Positions 41,701-53,512 of a DNA stretch of 64,000 nt are shown piece by piece. The stretch covers positions 10,540,001 to 10,604,000 of the forward strand of contig JBHGNT010000012.1 of NCBI GenBank assembly GCA_043228905.1, read 5' to 3'. The DNA comes from Azolla caroliniana. Its lineage: Eukaryota; Plantae; Polypodiophyta. The translations under genes were made by a program, and so were the position numbers. Within the stretch, counting starts at the first letter, position 1. Every line of letters begins with the position of its first letter. Under the pieces are notes generated by a model. The model was given only the letters and a program-made list of their open reading frames with translations, did no database searches and was not told the DNA's origin.

Positions 41701-43256
41701 TTGAGGGCAATTTCAGCATTAGTACAAATGGGAAATAAGACAAATTGGTTAGCATATAAATAAAATCATGAAGAAAATCTAGGCTTCAAACAAAAGGCTG
41801 GAAGTACAAAGCATGCAAAAAAGAAAACCTTATGATTCATCGACGAAGACAAATCAATAAGAAGTTTCTTAGGAAAATGCATGCTACTGTTAGTTCCCAC
41901 CAAATATATACTATTTAAAGTAGCCCTGCTTCAATGCTTTTTGGACTATTTAGCTTTAGAAATGAGACTGTACTCGACAAAAATATGTCAAATTAACAGA
42001 ACTTACTTGTGTTTTGCCTAAACGGGATGTCAGATCCACTTCATAGTCCCTATGTTTTAAGGGTTCCCTTTGAACAGGAGGACCTCTACCTGTCAAAGAA
42101 GTGGCAGTATAGCCATCTTAATAGGAGAAATAATTAAAAGAAAAAATGATTTAACAATTTTTCCATCAATTTTCCCACATACAAATCTAAAATTTTCTAA
42201 AACATAATATTTGAGCCATTACACAAACTGCAAAAAGAACATCAGATAAAGATGAGTATTTTACTCTTGGATCGATGTTTGTCTCCATCTCCTTCCTGTG
42301 CAGACAAAAACACCATATGTATCAGGATTAATGGAGTGTATCATCAAAAAGACAGACTTAGAAGTTAAATTTACAAGTTTAATGGAGTATGAAACAACAG
42401 GTTTGGCTCTAAATGTAGCTTTAGAGTAGTGAATCAACATGTTTTTAGGGATTATAATGAGTTTATAATAGCACTGAAAAAGACACATTATGACTTAATA
42501 TCACTGAAGAATAGAATACTCAAAGCTTATTTTGCGGCTTTTGAGTTTACAGTACTCAAACAGCAGTTCTATTATTAAATTTTGGGCTTGTTGTGAGTTT
42601 CGTGGATTAAACAACAGCATCAATAAGTATATTTAGGGTTTAAAATGAGCTGTGTATAAAGAAAGCATGTAGAAGCAGAAATTCAGGGTTTACAACAGAA
42701 ATAAGGAAATTGAAGCTAAATCTTTGAGGTTTTATTTGTAAGTTTAGTGCGGTGAAAAAAACAAGAGATCTTGGTGTTTAGTATGATATCAAAATACAGA
42801 AACAACATATTCGATGCTGAATTTTAATGGACAATAGCTTCCGAGTCAGGGTTACTGAAAAGCAACAATTGGCGCAAGGCTGAAATTACGGCATGTATGT
42901 TTTCCGAGTTTTAGGACTGAAAAAGAATGATAGAATTGAGGCAGTAATCCTTAAGAGTTCTATGTATGAGATGTTAGGGTAGTAAACGCAGTGCAAGAAA
43001 TATTTAGTGTTTTATTTATGAGTTTCAGGGGTAATGAAGAACAAAAGAACAGAAATGAAGGTGAGGATTTTAGACATTCTTAGGGGGTGATGAGTTCTTT
43101 TTCTCTTAAGAGTGGACAAAGAAAGAATAGAGGAGGGAGGAGGGAGGAGGGAGGAAGCACCTTATCTTCGCGTTCGCGTGCTTTTTCGATGAATTCCTCT
43201 TTGTTCCATTTGCGCCTGTAGGTATTGTCTACACCTGTGCTGTTCTGGCGATGCAT
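38743..43256 (-). CDS. ZMAT2: Zinc finger matrin-type protein 2 / Snu23 (U4/U6.U5 and B-complex splicing factor), 9 coding exons
   Basis: GT-AG exons 43161-43256, 42265-42295, 42007-42089, 41659-41691, 41476-41554, 41335-41387, 41155-41209, 38968-39050 and 38743-38835 splice in frame to ...[15 protein letters not shown]...[21 protein letters not shown]...[39 protein letters not shown]...[17 protein letters not shown]. The start codon is uncertain because a short upstream exon is possible. Confidence 0.95.
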
Positions 43257-43334
43257 CAGACGGGAAAAACACGAACAAGGACGGGGAGACAGACAGAGAT
43301 GAACAGAACAGAACAGATCAGATCAGAAGGACGA

Positions 43335-43370
43335 CGGAAACGGAAACGGAAACGGAAACGGAAACCCTAA
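43335..43370. promoter_or_regulatory. Telo-box AAACCCTAA preceded by (CGGAAA)n, upstream of the ZMAT2 coding region
   Basis: AAACCCTAA at 43362-43370; telo-boxes are common in 5' regions of plant translation and RNA-processing genes. Confidence 0.5.
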
Positions 43371-43679
43371 ATGATGGACGAGCCTGCACTGCACTGCAGT
43401 ACATATAATCAAAATCCTCTCTACTCTACTCTACTCTACTCTACTCTACACACTTCTTTCTTCTTCCTACCTTCCTTTTCTTTTCTTCCGTTCGTTCCTT
43501 TGTTTCTCTCTTTTTTCTCCTTCCTTCACTTCCATTCTTTTCTTTCCTCTCTCTCTCTCTCTCTCTCTCTCATATTTTCTCTCTCTCATATTTTCTTTCT
43601 TATAGGCCATTTTTGTCCTCTTAAAAGGCGTTCGTTAACCATTTCTTACTTTCCTCCCAAAAGGATCCCGGTATAATAT

Positions 43680-44165
43680 GGCTGGTGGAGAGGCGAGATC
43701 AGTTGATGACGGAGTGCCACATGGGTCTTCTCCATACGAACCTTTATCGGATGTCATAATCCGATACGATATTCTTCCCAAGGAGAAGTCTTCCTTGTAG
43801 GAGATTTCAATGCGAGAGAGAAACCAATCCCGACAATGCACAATATTCCAGATGAATAGAAACCTAGAAATGGTAAATGTCCATCCTTTAGACATAAGCA
43901 CCACATGTAGATCAAAAGATCAAGGTGCATACGCCACGAGCTTTGGCCATCATCTGCTCGAACTTGGCAGTCGGCATCGGATGATCATATATAATGGTTT
44001 AGCCAAGTGGCCAGGCTCAGAAGAGCTCACATGTTTCCCACATGGAGGAGGGGAAAGCGCAGTTGATTATCTAATAGGACACCCTGAAGTTATCCACATG
44101 ATTAACTCCTTCCGGGCAGGTGGCCCCGTCCCGTGTCTTATTGGCGCGGTCCATAGTTTCTTATA
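43680..44165 (+). pseudogene. LINE AP-endonuclease fragment (distinct from the L1 at 10448)
   Basis: GEVFLVGDFNAR near 43781-43817; FGHHLLEL...IIYNG...LTCFPHGGGESAVDYLI. Confidence 0.8.
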
Positions 44166-44169
44166 CCAA

Positions 44170-46688
44170 GAGTGGAGACGACACACCAGGAGACCGCAGA
44201 AGACGAGGAAATGGAAGAAGAAGAGACACCTCTCCAAATGCCTCCTAGAACATGTCACAAGGAGCAGCATGGGGACGGATTGGGTCCGGAGAAAGACAGT
44301 GTACCGACCACCCGCTCAGTGGTGGTGGAGCCAAGGCCGGTCGAGCGTGCTGAGAAGGAGAGACCTGAAACGGTTGAGAGGGTGCCACTGGAACCAGAAA
44401 CAGTAGTACAACCAGGTCTGACACAACTGCAACAAGAAGTAGAAAGGTTGGAACCGGAACCGGAACCGGTAATACAGAGCTTAGCAACACAATGGGGAGA
44501 AAGGTCGGAAGCAATACAACAATTCGTTGATCTCACACAACACGGAACCTGTCAACAATGGTTAAAGTGGTTGGGAGAACATGTTACCAGAATGGTGGAC
44601 CGGGTAGAAGCGGAACAATTGGATATGTCCAGTCGGCCCACATAGACTGAGCAATTGATGACGGTGACCAGACAGTTGGAAGAGGCCCGAAACCAAATTA
44701 GGAGTTTGGAAGAAGAATTGGAAAGAGCCAAGGAATTAGCAGCCATTATGGCTAACATGGGCCAAGGAACCAATATAGAAACAAAAAAGGTTGAATCGGA
44801 AAGAACATAGGAGAAGGCTCTAAAGAAAGAAGCAGAATTGGTGGCTAGCACGGCACCGGAGAATGAGCGTGAGTGGAAGAAAGAAATCGACGCGCTAAAG
44901 GAAGAGTTGGTCGTGCAAGCGGCATTGCGAGAGAAATAAAAGAACTACGGAAGACAACCAAGGAAATTCTCCGGTTGCTCAATTATGACTGACTGAAGGA
45001 GGAAAAAGAAAGTCTGTTGCAAGAAAAAGATAAACTCCAGCGAATGGTAGAAACAGAAATTGAGCAGTTCAAGGAAGAAATTCGATAGCAAAAGGCACCA
45101 GGACAATCGGCTACGATCGCAAATCAACCGGCGTCGCAAGCAAAAATCGGAGGACTTTGACAAGTTGTACTGGGATTATAAGAATTTGGATATGGATCAT
45201 AAGAAGTTGGAGATGGACTATGATTGACAGTAGGAAAAACTTAGAGAGGTCCGGGTAGAGTTGAAGGAGAAAATAGAGGTGCTGACGGAACATGGACGGT
45301 TGATGGCGGAAACAATAGCGAAGGTGTTGGAGGAAGTGACGAAGGAAAGGATGAGGTTGGTGTCGCAACATTATCAGGAGGTCGAATGGTCGAAAATGAT
45401 GTTGGATAAAGTACAAACGACCTACCAAACCAACATTATGGCGTATCAAGAACAAGAAGCGGCAACGACGACATTAATAAAGCAGTTGAAGAAGGACAAA
45501 GAGGTGACATAGGACAAAGTGAAGATGGGCATAAAGCGTATCCAGATCATAATCGGAGCTCAATGGGAATGGATGAAAGAGAAGGCGGAGGAGAGCTCCG
45601 TTGCAATCTAGAGACAATGGGCCAAGTAGGCAACTGAACTTCAACTTCTCCGAGTTGATGCTAAGAACTAGAAGGAGGACGGAGATAATTTCTACAAGAT
45701 GGAGGAAGCTAGTGTTATCACCATCCGGGAGAACTTGTTCGGCGTTTTTTACGCCCTGGCCGATGCACACATGGACGTGATCTGAAGGCTGCTCGAAGGA
45801 TTCGAGGATGACCAACTCTCAACCACATTGGAGTTGGAGGGATATGAATGGGAGTGACGGCGGAAGGCAGCGGAGCAAAAGGCGGACCAGATAAACATTA
45901 GTGACGAAGAGCAACAACCGGAGATAGGGGCTTCCACATAACAGCAACAACATCAACAACAAGTGAATGAGACGGAGACACAACTGGATCAACAACCGGA
46001 AACAGAGTTGGAGAGATCAGAGAAGAGGCCAGCGTAGTTAGAGAGGGAGTTGGAACATGAGCAACAACAACAAAGGACTGAAACAGAGGAGGAAACACTC
46101 GAACCCCTGGACCAAAGCATATTGGATATACTCGATGAAGATTGAAGGAGCTAACCGTGGGTTCGACGTGCAAGGCATTGTCCCATGGGCGTGCCATGTG
46201 TTGGCCTAAGAGTATGATCTGGAGTAGAAGTGTGGATGGGGAAGAGTCGGATCGAATTAATAATGTAAATATTAGTTAGTAATTTTATAGGAACAGACGG
46301 ATCCGAATAGTTGTACTGATTCGGATCCGCCCCGATTAGTAGTCGATAGCTGATAAGGCACCAATTTGTAATCTGTACCGGATGCCTATAAAAGGATCTG
46401 GATCAATGTATAAATATACATAAGTAATACAAGTTAAGTGTGCTTTGTTGTTAAGCTTATTGTCTCCTTTGTGTACTTGTCGTCTATGATATAATTACTA
46501 ATCATACACGTGTAATTAAGTGTCGGATACGTAGTAAGTGGTTCGGAAGGCAATCCGGTAGTAACTAGAGTGTTACATATAATTTGCCGGATCAGTACCG
46601 GATAATCATCCATATCCCAACCACCCCTTTGGAGACGTGTTCCAGATAGGACACTTGTGTTTGCGGCTAGTCCGGCCCAAGATAAACA
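44170..46688. mobile_element. Unclassified LTR element copy 1: decayed coiled-coil ORF (+), tRNA-Arg-matching site, LTR 46199-46688
   Basis: LTR TGTT...AACA; GTCCCATGGGCGTGCCA immediately inside it; ORF homologous to 58602-60472; right end interrupts the A3 LTR. Confidence 0.8.
44172..46145 (+). pseudogene. Coiled-coil protein of unknown function, copy 1
   Basis: E/K/Q-rich frame with multiple stops; shares WLKWLGE, QINRRRKQK, ELQLLR and LDQSILDILDED* with copy 2. Confidence 0.75.
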
Positions 46689-48029
46689 TCTATTAGAAAG
46701 TATTCTTTGTACATAAAATGTGCTCACAGAGCACTTTTTATACAAGCCCTGACGAGTGGGCTAACACAAGTATTATTAGTACTTTAATGCTAATGAATGA
46801 GCCTGACACTAATTTTCCTATAGTAGGCCCATTCACTAAAATCGACATATAGGCTATCAAAACGGCCTATCAGATTCCATCTAACTTGACCAAACGATTT
46901 GACTTAGCAACTGATTTGGCTTTTGGCCTTTTCAGTTGATTCAGGCCTAGCCGATCGGTCTTCATTTGATCTGGCTTCTTCAATGGATTCGGCCCATATT
47001 GAGCTTGTCACTCAACACTCCCCCTCAAGCTCAACTTCAGGCCTCGATGTGTTAGCTCCAGCCAATTCTAGGCTCCGGCTTCTCTTGGCGTCTTCACACC
47101 TTGCTCGCGCTCCACATCCGGTCCGGTCCCGCGTCCCACGACTCCTCTGGTCCGACGCTCCTTGACCCGTCCGGTCTCGTGCACTCGACCCCTATGGTTG
47201 GCCCATCTGCTCTTCAGGCCCTTATTAGCTTCCTTATTGTCATGGTATTGGTGCCCCTCGACCCGTCGGCTCTTCCATATCGGCGTCAGCTTCGGCTGCC
47301 CTCTTGTCCGCTTGGCCTTCATATGATTCTACTCACTTGCATCACGCCTTTCAACCGAATCGGTTGTCTCTGATTCGTTCCCGTTCTTGTCCGAATCAAT
47401 TGTCTCTGATTCATCTTCTTTATGGCCCTTGGCCACATCTACCCATGTCTTGGTCCTAGCCTTCACTTGGTCGGCTCTGTCCTTCTTGACTTTGCCTACC
47501 CCTTGTTTGGTCGACTCTAGCTTCCGCCCGTTCTTTTGGCTGCTCCCCTTGCATCCAGCTAGTCTCCACTTAGCCGATCTTCTTCAATCGGTCCACATAT
47601 CCATCATGTTCTCAGCTTCTTCTGACTTCTTCAGTCGTTCCAAAATTGAATTCCTCATTTGATCTGTCTTCTTGGACATCTCTCCCCCTCAAGTTCGGCA
47701 AGTTGAGATGTTGTATACCAAGCATAGTCGAGAATTTCCGCAACTTGTACATGCCGAGAGGTTTGGTGAAAATATCGACAACTTGTCGATACGTCAGAAC
47801 ATGCAAAAGTTTGACGTCACTAGAGAGGACTCGCTCATGGACGATATGATAGTGCACCTCAATGTGCTTCATCTAGGTGTGGAAGACGAGGGTTTTTCGC
47901 TAGTTGGATACATTTGAGGTTGTCACAATATATTACTGTCGGTTCAGACACCTCCACCTACAGATCTCTCAATAGCCGTTTGAGTCGGATGGCTTTGGAC
48001 ATTGCGACATCTACCCCTCGGGATTCGGC

Positions 48030-51000
48030 TGTTGGGATATCGGTCCCTCCGGATGGGATGTCCGGAGATGAATGACGGCAAGCCCGGTTACGGCTACGGA
48101 GCCGGATGATGAAGACCCCGGCTACGGAGCCGGATGACGAATGTACCCGAAGAGAGAGATCCGGATGCGGGGACATATTTGTGAATATGTTTGCCAAGGG
48201 CCCTTGAGGCTATATTTGTAAATAGCCCGAAAGTCATATGTGTATAAATATGACTTAGGGCAAACTGTTTGTTGTTGTTGCTCATTTTTATGTTTTCAGC
48301 CGAGAGAGCGAAGTGAGAGCAGCCGAGAGAGAGAGAGAGAGGAAGAGGTCGACGCCTCTGTGTATTACCGCCGCCTGTGGCGAAGACAGTGAGCTCAAGG
48401 TTGTTGCCTTGCAGCTACACCTTTGTACATCTCTGTTCATAGTGATAGTTGGAGTTTGAGGACTCCCGTGGTTTTTTCCCATTTAGGGTTTTCCACGTAA
48501 AACACCCTGTGTACTCTTCTCTCTATTGTCTTCGTGCATTTTGTATTTTCCCGTTTTCTGTGATTTGATCCTATTCCTCGGTTGTGTCCGAGCACCGTGC
48601 GCAACAAATTGGTATCAGAGCACGGTAACACAGAAAATGGAAGGCGGCGGTAGTGGGCCTCCGGGCATGATGGTTTTGAACTCACAGAACTACGCCGACT
48701 GGAAGATAAAGATGGAAGACCTTCTCATCGTCCGAGACCTGTACGAACCGATCGACAATGCCGAGATACCCAAGGGGGTAATAGAGTCGGAGTGGAAGCT
48801 CCTGAACCGGAAAGCCGTAGCGACGATCCGGCAATATGTCGATGTAAGCGTTCTACAACATGTGGCGAACGACACCAACGCATATGAGATGTGGAAGAAG
48901 CTGTCGGGCCTCTACGAGAGGAAGAATGCGTTGAACCGGACCTCCCTGATGAGGAAGATAGTGAACCTCAAGTACCGGGACGACGAAAATATGGTGGAAC
49001 ACGTGAGCACGTTCATGGGATTCGTGAACCAGCTTGCGGCGATCAAGTTCCCGTTGGAGGATGCAATGCAAGCCATCATTCTGATGTGTACATTGCCGGA
49101 AAGCTGGGAGAACTTGGTGGTGACTCTCAGCACCTCCTGCACCGAAGATAACTTGTCTCTACAAACGGTAAAGACAAGTATTCTAAATGAAGAAGCGCGT
49201 CGGAGAGATAAAGAACCGGCCACCGACTCGAAGGCGCTGCTTACCGAATCGGAACGGGGAAGACAATGGAACCGGAGTCCGCAGAGACGGGAGAAGTCGG
49301 GGACCCGGTCGCAGTCAAGAGGAAGACCCACATGCTTCCACTGTGGGAAGCCGGGGCACTTCCGGAAGAATTGTCGGCATTACCGAAAGGACAACGGAGC
49401 CGACGACACTGATTCGAAGAAGTCACCGGAGAGAAACGGTGCATACCGGGGAGCCACGGACCGGAGAGGTCCGGATCGGCGAGGGCAGGACCGGAAAGGA
49501 ACGACAGCACTCGCGGCAAGTGAAGAAGAGATAATGCTCATTACCGAAGAGACAGAGCTGAACCTTGCCGGTGAAGAGATGACCTGGGTGGTCGATTCCG
49601 GAGCATCGTTCCACCTGACTCCGGAGAAGAAATACTTCTCATCCTACACAGCCGGTGAGCACGGCTGTGTCCGGATGGGAAATGAAGGTACATGCCGGAT
49701 TGCCGGCATAGGAGACGTGTGGCTGATGACATCAACCGGATGCAAGATGCTGCTGAAGGATGTCCGACACGTTCCGGAGGTTCGATTGAACCTGATTTCG
49801 GCCGGGAGGCTAGACGATGAAGGCTACACAGGTAGCATCCGGAACGGTGTCATGAAGTTCAGCAAAGGGAGCCTGATAGTGGCTCGGGCCCGGAAGATCA
49901 ACACACTGTACCTGATGAATTCCCGGCTATGTCCGGAGGAGCTGAACGTGGCAGCCGATACTGCCGGTGAGTTGTGGCACAAGAGACTGTGTCACATGAG
50001 TGAGAAGGGGATGAAGAGGCTTGCTGAAGACAACCTTATTCCAGTGAAGCATGTGCACTTGGAGAAGTGCACCGATTGCCTGGCCGGTAAACAGAACCGA
50101 ACCTCCTTCCACTCAAGGCCACCGACGAGACGTAGCGCACCATTGGAGTTGGTGCACACTGACGTGTGTCAAGTAGAAACGAAGTCACATGGCGGAGCCC
50201 AGTACTTCGTAACATTCATAGATGACCATAGCCGGAAGCTGTGGACGGCACCGTTGAAGACAAAGGACCAAGTATTGTCCGTCTTCAAAGAACTCCACGC
50301 GAGAGTGGAAAGGGAATCCGGCAAGGAGCTGAAAGCGATACGAGCGGATAACGGAGGGGAATACCGGGGGCAGTTTGAGGAGTACTGTCGCTCGAAGGGA
50401 ATCCGGCTCGAGTTTACTGTGCCGAAGACGCCGGAACTGAACGGGCTGGCCGAGAGGATGAACCGGACCATAATGGAGAGGGTCCGGAGTATGCTGGCGC
50501 ATGCGAAATTACCCAAGGGCTTTTGGGCTGAGGCAATGTCGACGGCGACATACGTGATAAACCGATCACCCTCAGTACCTTTGGACGGAGACACGCCGCA
50601 GAGAGTGTGGACCAGTAGGGAAGTATCCTACCGGCATCTGAAGGTGTTCGGGTGTCTCGCATATGTGCATGTGGCAAAGGACCGGAGAGGAAAGCTAGAT
50701 CCAAAGACCCGGCCATGCATATTCCTCGGTTACGGCGATGACGAGTTCGGCTACCGAGTATGGGACCCGGTCGACAAAAAGATATTCCGGAGTCGTGATA
50801 TCATCTTCATGGAGGACAAGACACTCGCCGACTGGGAGTCGGAGAAGAAGATGAAGAGCTCCAAGTCGACCGGTGAGGATCAACTCTACGAGGAGCAGTC
50901 CCGACCGGCAAGGGACTGATTAGCACTCTAGGATCCGGCCGAAGACGGTGAAGAAACAGAACCGGCCGAGGAAGATGAAACTGATACCGGAACCGGCCCC

Positions 51001-53297
51001 GACCCCGAAATGGATTCGGATGAAGAGGAAACGGAGGAGCCGGTTACCGAAGCTCCGGAACGGAGATATCCTCTAAGAGAGAGAAGGGCCCCCCGGAGAT
51101 TTCCGGAACCAGAGCACGTGCTGCTAACCGACGAGGGGGAGCCAGAGAGCTTTGAAGAAGCAAAGCATGACACCCAGAGCCGCAAATGGTTGAGTGCCAT
51201 GCAGGACGAGATGGATTCCCTGCATGAGAACCACACATATGAACTTGTGGAGTTGCCGAAAGGAAAGCGGGCACTTCGAAACAAGTGGGTGTTCAAGCTG
51301 AAACCGGGAGATGCCGGAAACCCCCCGAGATACAAAGCCCGGATCGTGGTGAAGGGGTTTCAGCAGAAGAAGGGTGTCGACTTCGACGAGATATTTGCCC
51401 TGGTAGTGAAGATGACCTCCATCCGGACGGTGCTGAGCATAGCGGCAAGCATGGACCTCGAGGTAGAACAGATGGACGTGAAGACGGCATTCCTTCACGG
51501 TGACCTCGAAGAAGAGATCTACATGCAGCAACCGGAAGGATTCGAGAAGAAAGGGAAGGAGCACCTGGTATGCCGGTTGAAGAAGAGCCTTTACGGTCTG
51601 AAGCAGGCTCCCCGGCAATGGTACCGGAAGTTCGACTCCTTCATGATAGACGAAGGGTACCACAAAACGCAGTCCGATCACTGCGTGTTTGTGAAGAAGT
51701 TCGAAGGAGGAGACTTTCTAATACTCCTCCTGTACGTGGACGACATGTTGATCGTCGGACGGGACCAGGTCAAGATACGGATGCTGAAGAAGGCTCTTCA
51801 CCGAACCTTCTCAATGAAGGACTTGGGTCCGACGAGGCAAATACTAGGGATGCACATCATCCGGGACCGGAAGAAGAAGCAGTTGTGGCTGTCACAGGAG
51901 AAGTACGTGACAAAGCTGCTTCAACGGTTCAACATGTCGGAAGCAAGACCGGTCGGATCGACCCTCCCGGCAAACTGCAAGTTGTCCAGCAAGCAAAGCC
52001 CTAAGACAAAGGCTGAGAAGGAGGACATGATGAAAGTACCATATGCCTCTGCCGTCGGAAGCTTGATGTACGCAATGGTGTGTACAAGACCGGACATAGG
52101 ATATGCAGTCGGAGTGGTGAGCCGGTACATGAGCAATCCCGGCAAAGAGCACTGGAACGCGGCCAAGTGGATACTCCGATACCTGAAGGGCACGACAAAC
52201 GTGTGCCTTCGATTCGGCTACGGTAAGCCCGAACTCGACGGCTTTACCGATTCGGATATGTCGGCTGACGCAGATACCAGCCGGTCCACATCAGAGTATG
52301 TGATGACGTATGCAGGGGGAGCTGTTTCGTGGCAGTCGAGGCTGCAGAAGACGGTTGCGTTGTCAACCACGGAGGCGGAGTACATGGCGGCTGTTGAAGC
52401 CGGCAAGGAAATAATATGGATGAAGGACTTCATTAGAGAGCTTGGTATCCGGCAGGAGGAGTACCGACTCTATTGCGACAGTCAGAGTGCCATCCACCTT
52501 GCGAAGAATGCGGCCTATCACTCCCGGACGAAGCACATCTAGCGAAGATATCACTGGATCCGGGAAAGGATAGAAGACCAGGAGTTCGTGCTGACGAAGA
52601 TTCACACGGACGAGAACGGGTCAGATATGCTGACCAAAGTGCTCACACCCGACAAGCTGGAAGCATGCCGGAAGAGGATCGGACTGGAGAGACATCCCAT
52701 GCCGAAGTGAAGGGGGAGTTTGTTGGGATATCGATCCCTCCGGATGGGATGTCCGGAGATGAATGACGGCAAGCCCGGTTACGGCTACGGAGCCGGATGA
52801 TGAAGACCCCGGCTACGGAGCCAGATGACGAATGTACCCGGAGAGAGAGATCCGGATGCGGGGACATATTTGTGAATATGTTTGCCAAGGGCCCTTGAGG
52901 CTATATTTGTAAATAGCCCGAAAGTCATATGTGTATAAATATGACTTAGGGCAAACTGTTTGTTGTTGTTGCTCATTTTTATGTTTTCAGCCGAGAGAGC
53001 GAAGTGAGAGCAGCCGAGAGAGAGAGAGAGAGGAAGAGGTCGACGCCTCTGTGTATTACCGCCGCCTGTGGCGAAGACAGTGAGCTCAAGGTTGTTGCCT
53101 TGCAGCTACACCTTTGTACATCTCTGTTCATAGTGATAGTTGGAGTTTGAGGACTCCCGTGGTTTTTTCCCATTTAGGGTTTTCCACGTAAAACACCCTG
53201 TGTACTCTTCTCTCTATTGTCTTCGTGCATTTTGTATTTTCCCGTTTTCTGTGATTTGATCCTATTCCTCGGTTGTGTCCGAGCACCGTGCACAACA
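48030..53297 (+). mobile_element. Full-length young Tork-like copia element C1
   Basis: 577-bp LTRs 48030-48606 and 52721-53297 with about 4 differences seen by eye; TSD TCGGC on both sides; PBS TGGTATCAGAGC at 48610; PPT GTGAAGGGGGAG. Confidence 0.97.
48638..52710 (+). pseudogene. C1 gag-pol, single frame with three in-frame stops (about 50917, 50929, 52540)
   Basis: Gag-CCHC-PR-INT ORF ending 50919; RT-RNaseH ORF 51010-52542 in the same frame. Confidence 0.92.
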
Positions 53298-53512
53298 TCG
53301 GCCTCGGTGCTCGATAGTGCCATTGTCGCCTACTTTTTACTGCTCTAGGAAATCGCCGCACTCCCCAAGGAGAATACATAACCTAATGTTGATCTGCAAT
53401 CGCCGGCATTTTCGGCCTAGTCGACATCCCCGACAAGTTGTCTGGCTACATTGGTCCGATATAGTAATGCCCCCTATCCTAAGTGCCATTGACATATCTC
53501 ATGATCATGTGT

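Larger units (their letters stand above)
46689..53512 (-). mobile_element. Family-A copia 3' fragment A3 (RNase H, double PPT, partial 3' LTR), split by element C1
   Basis: ALSSTEAE motif reassembles across the C1 insertion; KHIEVHYH; PPTs at 47682-47693 and 47018-47029; LTR 46689-47017. Confidence 0.85.

Noticed and set aside
46155-46196. tRNA gene or SINE (GGTTCGA B-box plus CCA end)
   Set aside because: No D arm or anticodon arm, CCA is encoded, and it is fixed next to an LTR; better explained as a primer-binding site.
48482-48500. Telomere-like TTTAGGG in LTRs
   Set aside because: Single unit, part of the conserved GGGTTTTCCACGTAAA U5 motif of these copia LTRs.
52535-52550. Programmed readthrough at KHI-TAG, shared with 20549
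   Set aside because: B has CAG there, the context is not the CARYYA readthrough motif, and CAG to TAG is the expected CHG deamination.
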